From Oopsacas minuta (taxonomy: Eukaryota; Animalia; Porifera): a stretch of 64,000 bases of DNA. Below the pieces are notes generated by a model. It worked only from the letters and a program-made list of their open reading frames with translations, did no database searches and was not told the DNA's origin. Of the stretch, positions 47,864 to 59,182 are shown piece by piece. The stretch is from positions 124,001 to 188,000 of the forward strand of contig JAKMXF010000320.1 of the NCBI GenBank assembly GCA_024704765.1, read 5' to 3'. The position numbers and the translations under genes were made by a program. Each line of letters starts with the position of its first letter. The first letter of the stretch is position 1.

Positions 47864-48127
47864 CTGAGAAATAGTAGAGCTAAGAGCACTCTGAGTTGCA
47901 TATGTCCCATCAGCAGTGACGTATGAATGAGATCCAGTAGGCACAGACTCTATAATATTCAGAGAATCATCCTCTCCAGCAGCCTCCTTTCTCTGCTCGC
48001 TCTCCACTATAGGGAGCTCTCCCACCAATAAACTTATCTCCTGCATCACTCTAGTTATTTCTTCCTCAGTCATACAGTGCTGACCTAGCACCCATAATAA
48101 TGGACGGAGTACTTCTCCATTTTCAAC
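47864..48127 (-). pseudogene. COPB1: COPB1 pseudogene exon 'B'
   Basis: VENGEVLRPLLWVLGQHC...GELPIVESE...VTADGTYATQSALSS; donor CAG|gtatta. The expected acceptor reads ttAA instead of ttAG. Confidence 0.88.
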
Positions 48128-48619
48128 TTAACAATAGAGCCATTCATAACAACAAAAGTATAGTGCAACCGTTATAAGTGGGGTCTATATAAATGGAGAA
48201 CCTCTACAGCTATAAGCGGGGAGGGGAATGGGCGATACAGTTAAACAATAGCTTCAAACATTAAAATCAGAATCTATAAGTGAGAAATTCTAAAAGATAA
48301 AATTTCCTGAATTATCATTTCTTGTGCCAAATGTATAAAATCAAGTATTTATTGCTATCTTCGGATTTCAAAGAAAAAATAGCTACAAAGTTATATTATA
48401 CTTGCAAGATATTATAAGATTATAGGAAGTGAATATACAAACTGAAATTATAAGTGGGGATTGGGGATATCAAAATTTAGCCGTTCCGACCTCCCCCACT
48501 TATTGAGGTCCTAATACATCATATATATGTATATAGATTATACGAGAAAGAAGTTAGCAGCCAATTCAAATTTAACAAACGTGTTCACTTCAATCGTATA
48601 TTTGACTGACTTACCGTAT

Positions 48620-50507
48620 AGCTAGAGAAAAATTTACTTAGCACGCCAAGGACTGCCTACACGTGGTCATATTGACTCAGAATCTAATTTTAAGCAACTC
48701 TTAGTTCTACGTGCTTCTGATTCAAAAGATTTACAGAAATGGCTCCTGAAAACAATATCATGGACTTCGATCGAAGTACAAGAAGAAATACTAGATATTA
48801 TGGCGAACCATATTGTGCGATTATTTACACGTCAAATGCGTAATTATTCCTATGGATTGATAGCTGACGAGACGTCTGATATTTCTCGGATTGAACAACT
48901 GAGCATCTGTTTTCGTACTATAGGTAGTAACTTATCTCCCAATGAAAGAGTGCTTGGCTTCTATGCTCTTGATAAGTGCGATGCTGAATCAATATTTTCA
49001 GCAATCAAAGACGCCCTCCTTCGCTTCGGTATTAGTTTGTCATACTGCTTCGGGATGACATTTGATGGTGCCTCATAGTTCAGTGGTCTTTCAAATGGTG
49101 TAGCTGCTCGAAATTCTGAGGTGGCTCCAAGTGCCCTAAGTACTCACTATCATATGCATTGTATTAATCTCGCAGTTCAAGATGTTGTCAAGGCTGTCTC
49201 TCTAACGCGTGACTTTCTACACTTGGTCAACGACCTAATCACTTTCCTTCGTCATTCCCCGAAACGTTGTGCAATTGTGCATAAAGTTGCATTGGAGTTA
49301 GATAATACACAAACCCACAATAGACCCCTCTGTCTTACTCGTTTCACAGTTAAATATACTGCACTTTCGGGATTGTATTGACAATTTGATGTAATTTTGG
49401 ATGCATTGGCAGTGATTGAAACACAAGCAACTGAAAGTAAGGTTAGATCCATAGCAAGTGGATATCTTAAACGATTAGCTGAATTGATGTCTGTTTTGGT
49501 CTCTGTTTTTAGCTGAAAATATTTGAATTGACAGATAATTTAAGTAAACAGGAAAAACTATTTCAGTTGGGGAAGGAAATAATCTCTGTTCGATTTACGA
49601 TCTCAATTTTATAATCAATGCACTGTGATGAGAAATTTAAACTACTATGGACAGAAACGGAGAATTTTCGTAAGCAACATGGAGGGGAAGCTGCAAAGCT
49701 TCCACACAAAGTAAGGCGTCCAAGTCGTTTTGATATTTCTGAACAACATGTTTGGCAAACACCAGGAGAGTACTATCTCTCAATATACTATCAAGTTCTT
49801 GATCATGCCTGCGATAGGTTAAGAAGTCGAATTACTAACAAATATATACCAATTCTGGAACCAATTAAACAACTCTTAGATAGTGTTTGGAAGGAGCACC
49901 AGTCAACTTAGATAACCTTAATCTCGTTGTAATCATTACGGTAAGGATATTTTGGATTCGAAACGTCTTGAAGCACAACTTCTTTGCTTGGAGAATCTTC
50001 CGGAACGATTTTACATCCGAAGGCTTCTGTTTCTCAAATTATGAAACTTATTTCAAAATGCGAAATGAGAAATTTATATCCAATGATAGTCAACATTATT
50101 CAGCTATATCTTGTATCCCCTGCTACTACAGCCAATGCAGAGAGATCATTTAGTCAGCTACAAAGGTTGAAGACTCATTTAAAAAGCACGATGAATCAAA
50201 GACATCTCAATTCACTGCTTATACTCTCAACTTACCAAGAAGAACTCGATCTCTTAACATTGATGAATTGGTGAATGATTTTGTATTGAGAAATGAAACA
50301 GGGCGTAACATTTTTAGTAACAATTAGCATCATTGAAATGAATCATTTTCATAGTTTTAGTTTTTTTTTTGTCTTAACATAACATGGAATATTACCAAAT
50401 ATTATTATGATACTAATAAGTACCAAATTTAAGATAGGAAAGATATAAGGTGAGTAAAATATTGGGGGGCGATCGACCCCCTTGCCCCTCCAGGATCTAC
50501 GCCCTTG
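48620..50507 (+). mobile_element. Degenerate hAT transposon (DUF4371 and hATC dimerisation domains), right TIR present
   Basis: YLARQGLPTRGH, IADETSDISRIEQLSIC, FDGAS*, HCINLAV, PATTANAERSFSQLQRLKTHLKSTMNQ; ends ggatctacgcccttg. Multiple stops and frameshifts. Confidence 0.85.
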
Positions 50508-51745
50508 TTATAATATGCCCTTAATAATGTGATTTTTCGAACATCCAAAAAGGGGACAATGACGTCATAATTTCGTCATAGGTGTGAATTACGTTTTAAT
50601 TGTATAGATTGCTTATTTCAAGCAATTTGTGTTGATAATAAATGTTTTATGAATCATTGTAAAAAGTTTGTGCTCAAGTTCGAACTTAACTCTTAATGAA
50701 TACGGCTTACTTTCGAAGTGATCAACTTCTTAGTAAATACGGCGGCAGACTAGATTAAGGTACTCAACCATTTTCAAGTGATTTGATAGGAAATTGACTG
50801 ATTAATGATTGTGTGTTAGGTTGATCTAATTTCACGCTCTTGAAATGTATATTATACAGACAGACGGCCACAGTGGGTTATTTTGGGTAAATATTTCCAG
50901 TAGGCTATAACATCAACAATTTTTATTATTTTCTGCTGAATTTTTGGCTACTGGGGTTTAACTACAGACAATTTTTTGGCATGTCAGATATTGAGAGGAT
51001 GAGTTAGCATTTGAAAATTATGGCGTCATATTTAATTTCGAAAATATTCATATATTTTTCGTTTCCTATAATTCATGACTATATACGATATTCTTAATGG
51101 TATCTTGTTCCGATAACGAATACAAGTAACTAAGCACCGCATTAGTTATTGAAGAATCGTATCCTAATCTTGTGATTAGGATATGTTGTATAGGAATGTG
51201 ATATATTATGTCAACTACAAAACTAAATATATATTTAAACGTAAATCAGTGTATATCAAATTATTTTACATAAATTATAGCCATACAAAGCTGTAAAATG
51301 TCACTTACACTTCCTGAAGTAAATGAAATATTTCTGGATACTAAACAGGGCAATCGAAATGCTAAAGTAGATGTCAATTTGGCAAGTAGAATAATTGGAG
51401 AAAAACTTGAAATCGACTCACAATTACCAACATTCTCAAAGTATGCGAAGAACCACCATTTGAGGTACACTCGGCTTAGATAACCATTGCACCACGATCA
51501 GTCCGAAAATAATCTTGAACAAATAGTTCTTAAGCGTCAGGACTATATTACAAGTACTGAAACTCCAGCCTAAAGTTAGCCAGCTGGTCTCTAATTCGTG
51601 ATTTTCGGACAACTCTAATACCTCAATTCCAATTTTACTCATCGGTATCAAATCCAATTGGAGTAACAGTCAACTACATTGACCACATAGTAAATCTCTT
51701 GAGACGTAGCATCACATACTCTATACAATCTATTGAATAACCCTG

Positions 51746-52065
51746 ATGTACCCGCTCAACTTTATGGTTAAACATGGTGTAGATGGGCCGGGAAGTCACA
51801 CTGTGTCTAATCTTAGATCTCAAATACCTCGTGATCGTTCACATTTTCTCTTGTTTATGGTTTCTCCTCTTGAATTGAAAGATTGTCAAGAAATTTTATC
51901 TGGTCTAATCAATACCCAAATTCTAGATTCTCCAACCAGCCAATCGCATTGCTATCTCAAAAAGAGAGCATTGTAAGTGTCACTACTCTAATGAATTTCT
52001 TGAATCTACAAATTGACGAACTCGTGTCTTCGAGAATGAAAGTGGACTTTGTGAATAATAGTTGA
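51746..52065 (+). mobile_element. Transib/RAG1-like transposase fragment, truncated
   Basis: VKHGVDGPGSH (first catalytic Asp context), FMVSPLEL, then after one frameshift IWSNQYPNSRFSNQPIALLSQKES. Compare RAG1 PNSELCCKPLCLMLADES and Transib WQNPxPSSTRYCRPI. Confidence 0.5.
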
Positions 52066-52286
52066 GTTAAACATTACATCAACATAGTAATATTTAGCTT
52101 GACATACCATAGTAACCAAAAGTATAGAATGGAATGTTGGTATTATCATGGTTTCGCTGAACTTCGATGAACAAATATTTATAGAATAGTTTTATTAGAT
52201 AGTCTGTCATGCGTGTAATATCCTGAATAGTGCGAGAATTTGCGAGTAACTTTTGTTCACAACAAAATACGTTCCCATTATTCATA

Positions 52287-52382
52287 CTACGGGCCTTTGG
52301 CTCGTCACCTCGCGATGAACTCGGCGCATTGCGCCTCGGGGTATTCAACGGATAAACAACAATTGAGATTTAATAATATTGA
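52287..52382 (-). mobile_element. 96-bp mini-Helitron-like element (termini only)
   Basis: Minus strand a|TCAATATTATTAAATCTC...ggcgc-aat-gcgcc...ggccCGTAG|t. Confidence 0.65.
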
Positions 52383-52399
52383 TATTGTTTACAATATTC

Positions 52400-52854
52400 A
52401 GATTCAGCATACACTATTACCACAGTATAACCATTGAAAGCATGTTTCTACAACAATTTTGAAATTTGTTTACTTTATGTACCTAAAAGTAAACAAATAT
52501 CCGCAATATGTTGTTTATAATTCCATATTCGGGCTCAGCATACTAGAATACCCAAGGATAGTCGTTGAAAGTATGATTCTACCTCAATTTTGAAATTTGT
52601 TTACTTTTTATTCATCAAATCAACAATAAATTTACATATGAGAAATTAAAAATGCGAAATTCGGATACAGCATGTTCGATATTTTAGTGAAGTTTTATTG
52701 AATTATATTTACTTCCTTGATAAACACGATAAAAACATAGTTATGTGATAATTTCAAAATTGCATACCGTAAATCCTTTCCTTGACAACGGACAAACAAA
52801 CAGACAAACAGACAGACAGACAGACAGGCAATCATTGAGATTTAATAATATAGA
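52400..52854 (-). mobile_element. Helitron-like element, 5' part with (GTCT)n microsatellite and tandem core units
   Basis: a|TCTATATTATTAAATCTCAA end at 52854, (gaca/aaca)n at 52791-52826, about three core units. Confidence 0.7.
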
Positions 52855-53476
52855 TTTAACCTATAATTATGCTGTATTATCACAAAGTTTAAGTAGAGAA
52901 AATTAATGAAAATTCACATAAATTAGGTTTGAGCTGTAAAAGTAACATTAGAACTACACCTAGTGCAAGTTTGATAGTATTTTGAAGGTTGAAATTATAT
53001 TTATAGGAATTTAAGTTGGGTGAACAAAAATATGATTTTAAAAGACCCGAAAATTAATATAATTTGGTGAGACTTTGAGATAGTACAATACTCGTGTATG
53101 TTGATTCAGATAAAAAGCAATTGTAGATTTGGATACACCTACATATTTCTAATCATTCTCAATATATACATTGACAACATTTAAATATGGAAATTTCCCC
53201 TACTAGAAGCGAATAGCCCACTGTAGACGGCCTATGAGGAGATATAACTCCAAATATTTGAAGGATCTGGACTAAAACTAATTAATTGGAATTATGACAA
53301 TTTATAAATCTTGAATTGTATAAAGTGAATCCTTAGATTTTAGAGAAACGTTTACATACGCGTACTACCATATACCATATACCATATACCACATATAGTA
53401 AGAATACAAAAGGTTAAAATATCTACACATATCTATAATACAGGGGCGTTTCACTAGGTGGAGTAACTCTCTTACA

Positions 53477-55003
53477 TTATGTTTCAGTGTGTTTTGTACT
53501 TGTTTTGCTATATTTAACTTTCACTTTCCCAAAGGAGGCTCTAATATGGTTCGTCAAACTCTTGAACCAGTTAAACCATACCAAAATATTGGCTTTCAAA
53601 ACAAAAACAAGAAAGAAGATTAGTCTTTCCAAACGATAGAGAATGTTATAAGTAATCAAAATTTCACCAAGAGAGTCTATGTGTGGTCCGAGCCCATCAC
53701 AGTCTGTACCATTTTGCCACACTGATGCTGGGATCAATTCATAGGTAGCGTTGTACCTTATGGCTTGTAAGTTTTTATAAACTATTATTGGACTTTGTAG
53801 AGTAATGCAAGCTCTGTAGTCGAAAATAGTTACAAACTCCTCTGTCGATACAGTAAAAAACCAAACTGATTCAACCACGAAAAATACAAACAAGACGCAG
53901 TATAGTAAGCAGTAAATAATGAATCTTTTCTCAAGACTAGACATATTCCTACCTTGCCCCACTGTTGCCATACTATTAATCCACAACCAACGGAATCGTA
54001 CAATAATGAAAATCACCAGAGTCATAGAAGAAATAACTGTTAGGAAATCAGGCAATACTCTGCCAATGATGAATAGTGAAACAGTTTGAAATCCTGCAAA
54101 AGAGCCAAATGATTCGTAGATGTAGTTCGAGCTCAAAGCTAGCGTAACTATACAGAATATCGCAGGGATCCCAAATGCAATTAATGCTTCAACAGATACG
54201 ATAATAATCTTTAACTTCGACTTCATTTTATGTCTGTACGAATATTCAATAGCAATAACTATGTTTAATAGAGAAAAGGTAATCCAAAAGAGAATAGAAT
54301 ACCTTAGGAAATGTAGTAAAACCCCTTGTCCAATCAAGCGTTCTTGAAATAATACTTTGACATCATCAAAACTATAACGGCTATTCGCATCACAATAGTA
54401 TGATGGTCCTGGGATATCTCCAATAGAAAATGTAAATGTTAATAAGGATAAGCAGATAACTACAAAGAAAATGGATACCTGTGGGAATTCCCAAAAGGAT
54501 TTGATAAAAGGCCAGGATATCAGCACAAATATGCTGAGCAAGATAGCAACGATATCTATTATTGATATTATAGCACGGTGGAAGTCAAAACAGCTTTGTG
54601 TAGCACAATAGTCACCAATGGTACACGAAGGTGAGCAATAAGGGAAGGAACTTGAGTGAACATAATTGTCCGGACAGCTAAAAGTGTAGTTATCAGTTTG
54701 ATTGTTGCTCAATTCTTGAATTAAATTATTCAATTCGAGTGTATTATTGGAATGTCCACTAAAAGATTCCTCAAAGTTTAATAAGATTTTAGTTTCAATT
54801 CCAATAACAGTAATACAGAGAACCCAGATGATAACTATTGCAGTTATACCAAACACGAACAACAGAACCTTTTGCAATATAGGATTTAGATTTACTCGGT
54901 TTTTTAATTTTTGGAGAAATTTGTTGTCATTATCAGATGTCTTGAGATTTTCCTGCACTTCCGATTTGTTTTCAAATTCCAGAGCCTTAGGCTCAGTGTT
55001 AGC
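53477..55003 (-). CDS. Frizzled/Smoothened-like 7TM protein without CRD, plus an extra N-terminal TM; terminal exon (upstream exon with ATG not identified)
   Basis: The frame is open from acceptor tattag|GCT at 55003 with no ATG before the TM region. N-anchor, linker CP..CSPSC, SFWEFPQVSIFFVVIC (compare RFRYPERPIIFLSLC), YYCD, FWITFSL, FGIPAI; seven hydrophobic segments. Confidence 0.55.
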   Translation of the reverse strand, partial: ANTEPKALEFENKSEVQENLKTSDNDNKFLQKLKNRVNLNPILQKVLLFVFGITAIVIIWVLCITVIGIETKILLNFEESFSGHSNNTLELNNLIQELSNNQTDNYTFSCPDNYVHSSSFPYCSPSCTIGDYCATQSCFDFHRAIISIIDIVAILLSIFVLISWPFIKSFWEFPQVSIFFVVICLSLLTFTFSIGDIPGPSYYCDANSRYSFDDVKVLFQERLIGQGVLLHFLRYSILFWITFSLLNIVIAIEYSYRHKMKSKLKIIIVSVEALIAFGIPAIFCIVTLALSSNYIYESFGSFAGFQTVSLFIIGRVLPDFLTVISSMTLVIFIIVRFRWLWINSMATVGQGRNMSSLEKRFIIYCLLYCVLFVFFVVESVWFFTVSTEEFVTIFDYRACITLQSPIIVYKNLQAIRYNATYELIPASVWQNGTDCDGLGPHIDSLGEILITYNILYRLERLIFFLVFVLKANILVWFNWFKSLTNHIRASFGKVKVKYSKTSTKHTET

Positions 55004-56699
55004 CTAATAATTAAAAGTAATAAATAGTATTTGATGTAATCCTTTATAGTAAACTAATACATAAGATCAATACTACAATACTATTAATGTAATTAATTAT
55101 AGTGAATTAGTGATGTTGTGTTCTAGGTCATTTCAGGTCCCTCTGGCAGTGTTTCATCCAGACATTCTGGCAAGGGGTGGGCAAACTAGAGTTTTGGAAA
55201 TGTAAGGGGCACATATGATCCAAAAGGGGCAAGTGCCCCCACCTAAATGAAATTCTGCCTGGCTATGTAGAGTAGTAATTTACCGTGGATTTGTGGTATC
55301 AATATATTTGTATGATCAGATTTGACTGAGGAAACTGTAAGTTCCCCAGGGCTAATTTTGGCTTATATAAGAGATATTTAGGCCAGGTCGAGTCTTGGAC
55401 GAAAATATGACATTGTAATTGATTTCCAGGTACTCCTCCAGGTACTCCGCCGAGTATATTGAGTCGCACAGCGACCAAAAGCAAGGTGTTATATACTTAA
55501 GATAAATACGAGCACGACGTTCGGTTCCGAGGACACAGTAGCGACCTAGCAGTATTATCTTAAATAGTACTTCTTCTTCAAATAAAATATTAGTAACCAT
55601 TGACTTTGATAGAATATCTATCTGGATAACACGTACATTCGGATAGTAAATATTAATTTTTGTTTCCTTAAAGGGCTTCAGCTTATCCGAATTTCACCGT
55701 AATTCATACCTTTGACATCAATCCTTGGAGGCCTGGGCGGAGCCCAAATATCCTCTAGGCTTTGGTAAAATCCCTGTACACCAAAAATTTGTTCTCACTC
55801 GCTACGCTCGCTCGTCCAAGGATTTCAATGCCTGTCCCAATTAAATCCCTGGACGTTTTGCAGGTATGTGTATTAGAGTTAATTAATGTAATAAACTTCT
55901 GACAGATTAAATTGTTTGATTTTATTACCACTTTTGCATTTTCCACAATTTTCCGATATTATACACAACATGAATACAAGATTTATCCTCTGTTTTGTTA
56001 CTAACACGAGTATAAATGTATTCATTTACCATATTGTGTATATCTTGGTAGCTGGCCCAAGTATATGTAATTTATGATTAATTGTCGAGAACAATTGTAA
56101 ATTTGAATTATGGGACTCTATACTTTGCTAACAAGTGATGTAGAAATTTGATCAGAGAACCCATATATAGGGTGGGCCAAAATAACTGGGCCCGAACAAT
56201 TATGCATAATATTTAGGAAAGATTAACAAAACCTTATAGCTATGGAGCTGAAATACAAGACGAATACAAACTATTATTATCGTAGGTTGAAAGTCTACGA
56301 GTATTAGAGCTTATGTTTTAGATGAACCTCAGAAAAATCTTTCCATTTTGGATTTTTAGAGCAAAATTCCCATTACATTCTTCAGAACTATTTCCCTCGG
56401 AATGACTTGCACGGTCTTGGGACTTACTGGTTAGGATTTTACAGTTCTCTCTGTCTGAAATTTCTTAACCCATCGCTGAATTCTCGATTTCCAGGTCGCA
56501 TTTTTGACATAGAATATATGCAAAACTTTTTCCTTGAAGCCGTGATTCAAAAATTCTCTGAACTTACAAAGACTTGTACTGAAAACTCTATCACTTCATA
56601 TATAGAACAAGTATATCACAAATATATGTATATGGCATATACATTATTGAATTATTTGCAAGATTAACCCCCTTTGTAGCAGTTGAGAGCAAGTATCTA

Positions 56700-56990
56700 C
56701 GTAATTTTTGAAATTTGCTAAATTGTTTATTTTATATTCAGAAAACAACAATAAATTTACATATCAACGGACAAACAAACAAATAATGCCATATTCGGAC
56801 TCAGCATACTCGATTACCCGTGTACAACCTTTGAAAGCATGATTCTACCACAATTTTGATATTTGTTTACTTTAAATACCTGAAAACAACAATAATTTTA
56901 CATATGAAACTTGAAAATGCGAAATTCGTATTCAGCGTACTTAGTTACGCCTGGGTAGCCGTTTAGAGCAAACCTGTACTTATATCCGAG
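56700..56990 (-). repeat. Tandem core units of the Helitron-like family
   Basis: Reverse-complement copies of gagtaYgctgaRtccgaat...catatgtaaa(a)ttattgttg; a further single unit lies at 1795-1945 (+). Confidence 0.65.
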
Positions 56991-57935
56991 ATATGGATAA
57001 TTTGTTCACTATACATTCATAAAAACAACAGTAAATTTGCATGATTCAGCATGTCCGACTGGATTAACAAAAGATACGATAAAATCGTGTATTTAAGTTG
57101 ATGTTATGTAAAATATCAGCCAATTGAGTGACCGCTGACGTCGATTAGTAAAATCGTGTTAATAGATCATTTAGAAGGTCGATATGTGCATAACTAGACA
57201 AGCGGTCATTCGGTTAGGAAAAAATTTGGGATTGGAATGTTGTTACATTCCTGAGACATTCCTTCGTTGCTAGGGAAATTTTACTCGATTCAACGGAATA
57301 AATGAGTTAGTCCGATTAGCCGGTGCTATTTAACTCTTTGCTTTGCATACGGTTATCTCTGGCCAAATAACCCGATTAACAGATGGCCCCTATTATCGAA
57401 GTATACTGTATACGACGGCAAATATGAATACGTATTATGAAATATTATAATATCTTTACCATTGAGTTCCTTTGTTAAAGTAGAGATGATATAGGTTGAT
57501 TATTTTTGTATATTATAATTATAAATATGATATCTTGAGTGCATATATAAGACAATTAGTTAATTTATGAGAATTAAGTGAAATTTGAGCCAAACAAAGA
57601 CTTGACATTTAAGGCTCGCGGGAATATCCCAATTAAATGAATGATTAAAACTATACAGTGAATAAATGACAAATCGCGCGAAATGACAATTTAGACTGTT
57701 GGAGTGCTAATATAAGTAAATTAGACTCAGCCATAGCCTTCTCTATATAAGGTCTACCGTCACCCCGAATTTTGGACTAGGGATATAGTAGTGTATGATA
57801 AATATTATATTAGTATATAGAATGATTTTATATCCCACAAACAGTACTTTTATACCTAAGTAAATGTATTACAGATATGTAGAATATGCTGTATAACGTT
57901 AAATATCGCATCTTTGATTTCAAAGATAATGTACG

Positions 57936-59182
57936 AAATGATGTAAAGATGCTTTTGTAAAACATATTAAAAATTTGTTATGATAAAGTTGGCAGGTTTT
58001 TGAGTTACAGTAGTGACCATGGATGATAATAATTTGTCAATTATAAGTCGAAAACCCTCAATGATATAACAAAACTCACTATTGCCGATTTATAGTATAC
58101 CCGATTTCCCATACCCTCAGGGGCGGATACAGGGGAGGGGCTTGGGGGCTATAGCCTCCCCTGAGATTTTGAGATATAATTTTCTGTCTCAAAATGAATA
58201 ACTAATGAGATAAATTAACTTTTTCCTCCGTTGGTGGTAGAAATAGCTGTAGTTCGCTATTTCAGCGTATAACATTTAATAATTTTATAGGGGGCCTGCT
58301 CTCAGACCCCCCTTAGGATAGCTCTCTACGCTCGCAACTTGGCCCCCCTGAGATTATATCCTGGATCCGCCCCTGCTGCATACCCTTATATAAGCAGGCC
58401 CGGCGGAAGCTCGAAGGAGGTGGGGCGGCCGCAGAGTAAATAAAGTTGATTTGAGGGGATCGAGAACCCCTCAAATATACGTTACGATTATGAAATGAAG
58501 TCTTAAATATTGAGGACACTCCCTTAGAGATTACATTTGTTCTCAATGCAAATCAAAGTTGAGATATATAACTATAAATTAAAAAAAATATCACTAACAA
58601 ATACAGTAACTATACAATTAATATCCGAACGAATTGCTGATAAATCTGAGGATAGGTGATAAGTGGTGAGAGGACGAGATCCTGCAGCGATTGCATCCCA
58701 TTCGAAGGGTCTTTCATCTTTGATAATGGAATATTGGTCATCAGGGAATCTATTCGAAAGAATGAGGTAGTGGGTTGCTGCATTAGGGAGCTTAGCACTT
58801 TTAACCTCCAATAGTGGCGGATCGGGATCGCAAAGGGAATTCCATTGATGAAGAGGAATTGCCTCCGCAAATTCATGGTTCGTCAAAAGATCACAGAAAT
58901 ATTATCGCGAACCACGCCCGCGAAATTTTAAGTTTCAAAGAATTCACATAAAAAGTGGGACGGCTCAGGCCGCCCCTGTTCCGCCAGCCCTGAGTACAAG
59001 GGTATGGGAAATCGGGTATATACGATAAATCGGCAATAGTGAGTTTTGTTATTTCATTGAGGGTTTTCGACTTATAATTGACAAATTATTATCATCCATG
59101 GTCACTATTGTAACTCAAAAACCTGCCAACTTTATCATGGCAAATTTTTAACTTGTTTTACAAAAGCATCTTTACATCATTT
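57936..59182. mobile_element. Foldback/palindromic element (about 180-bp inverted arms) with two hAT-type MITEs at its axis
   Basis: Arms 57936-58117 and about 59000-59182 are reverse complements with scattered mismatches. Inner element 58118-58375 (caggggcggatacagg / cctggatccgcccctg, TSD cataccct) and about 58397-58992 (caggcccggcggaa / ttccgccagccctg). Confidence 0.8.

Noticed and set aside
38927-48127. Functional COPB1 assembled by exon scrambling or trans-splicing
   Set aside because: Exons C and D carry four stops and a frameshift, and the N-terminal exons are missing from the window.
58572-58886. 104-aa ORF inside the inner hAT-type element as a captured gene
   Set aside because: No ATG start and no recognisable motif; cannot be distinguished from chance.
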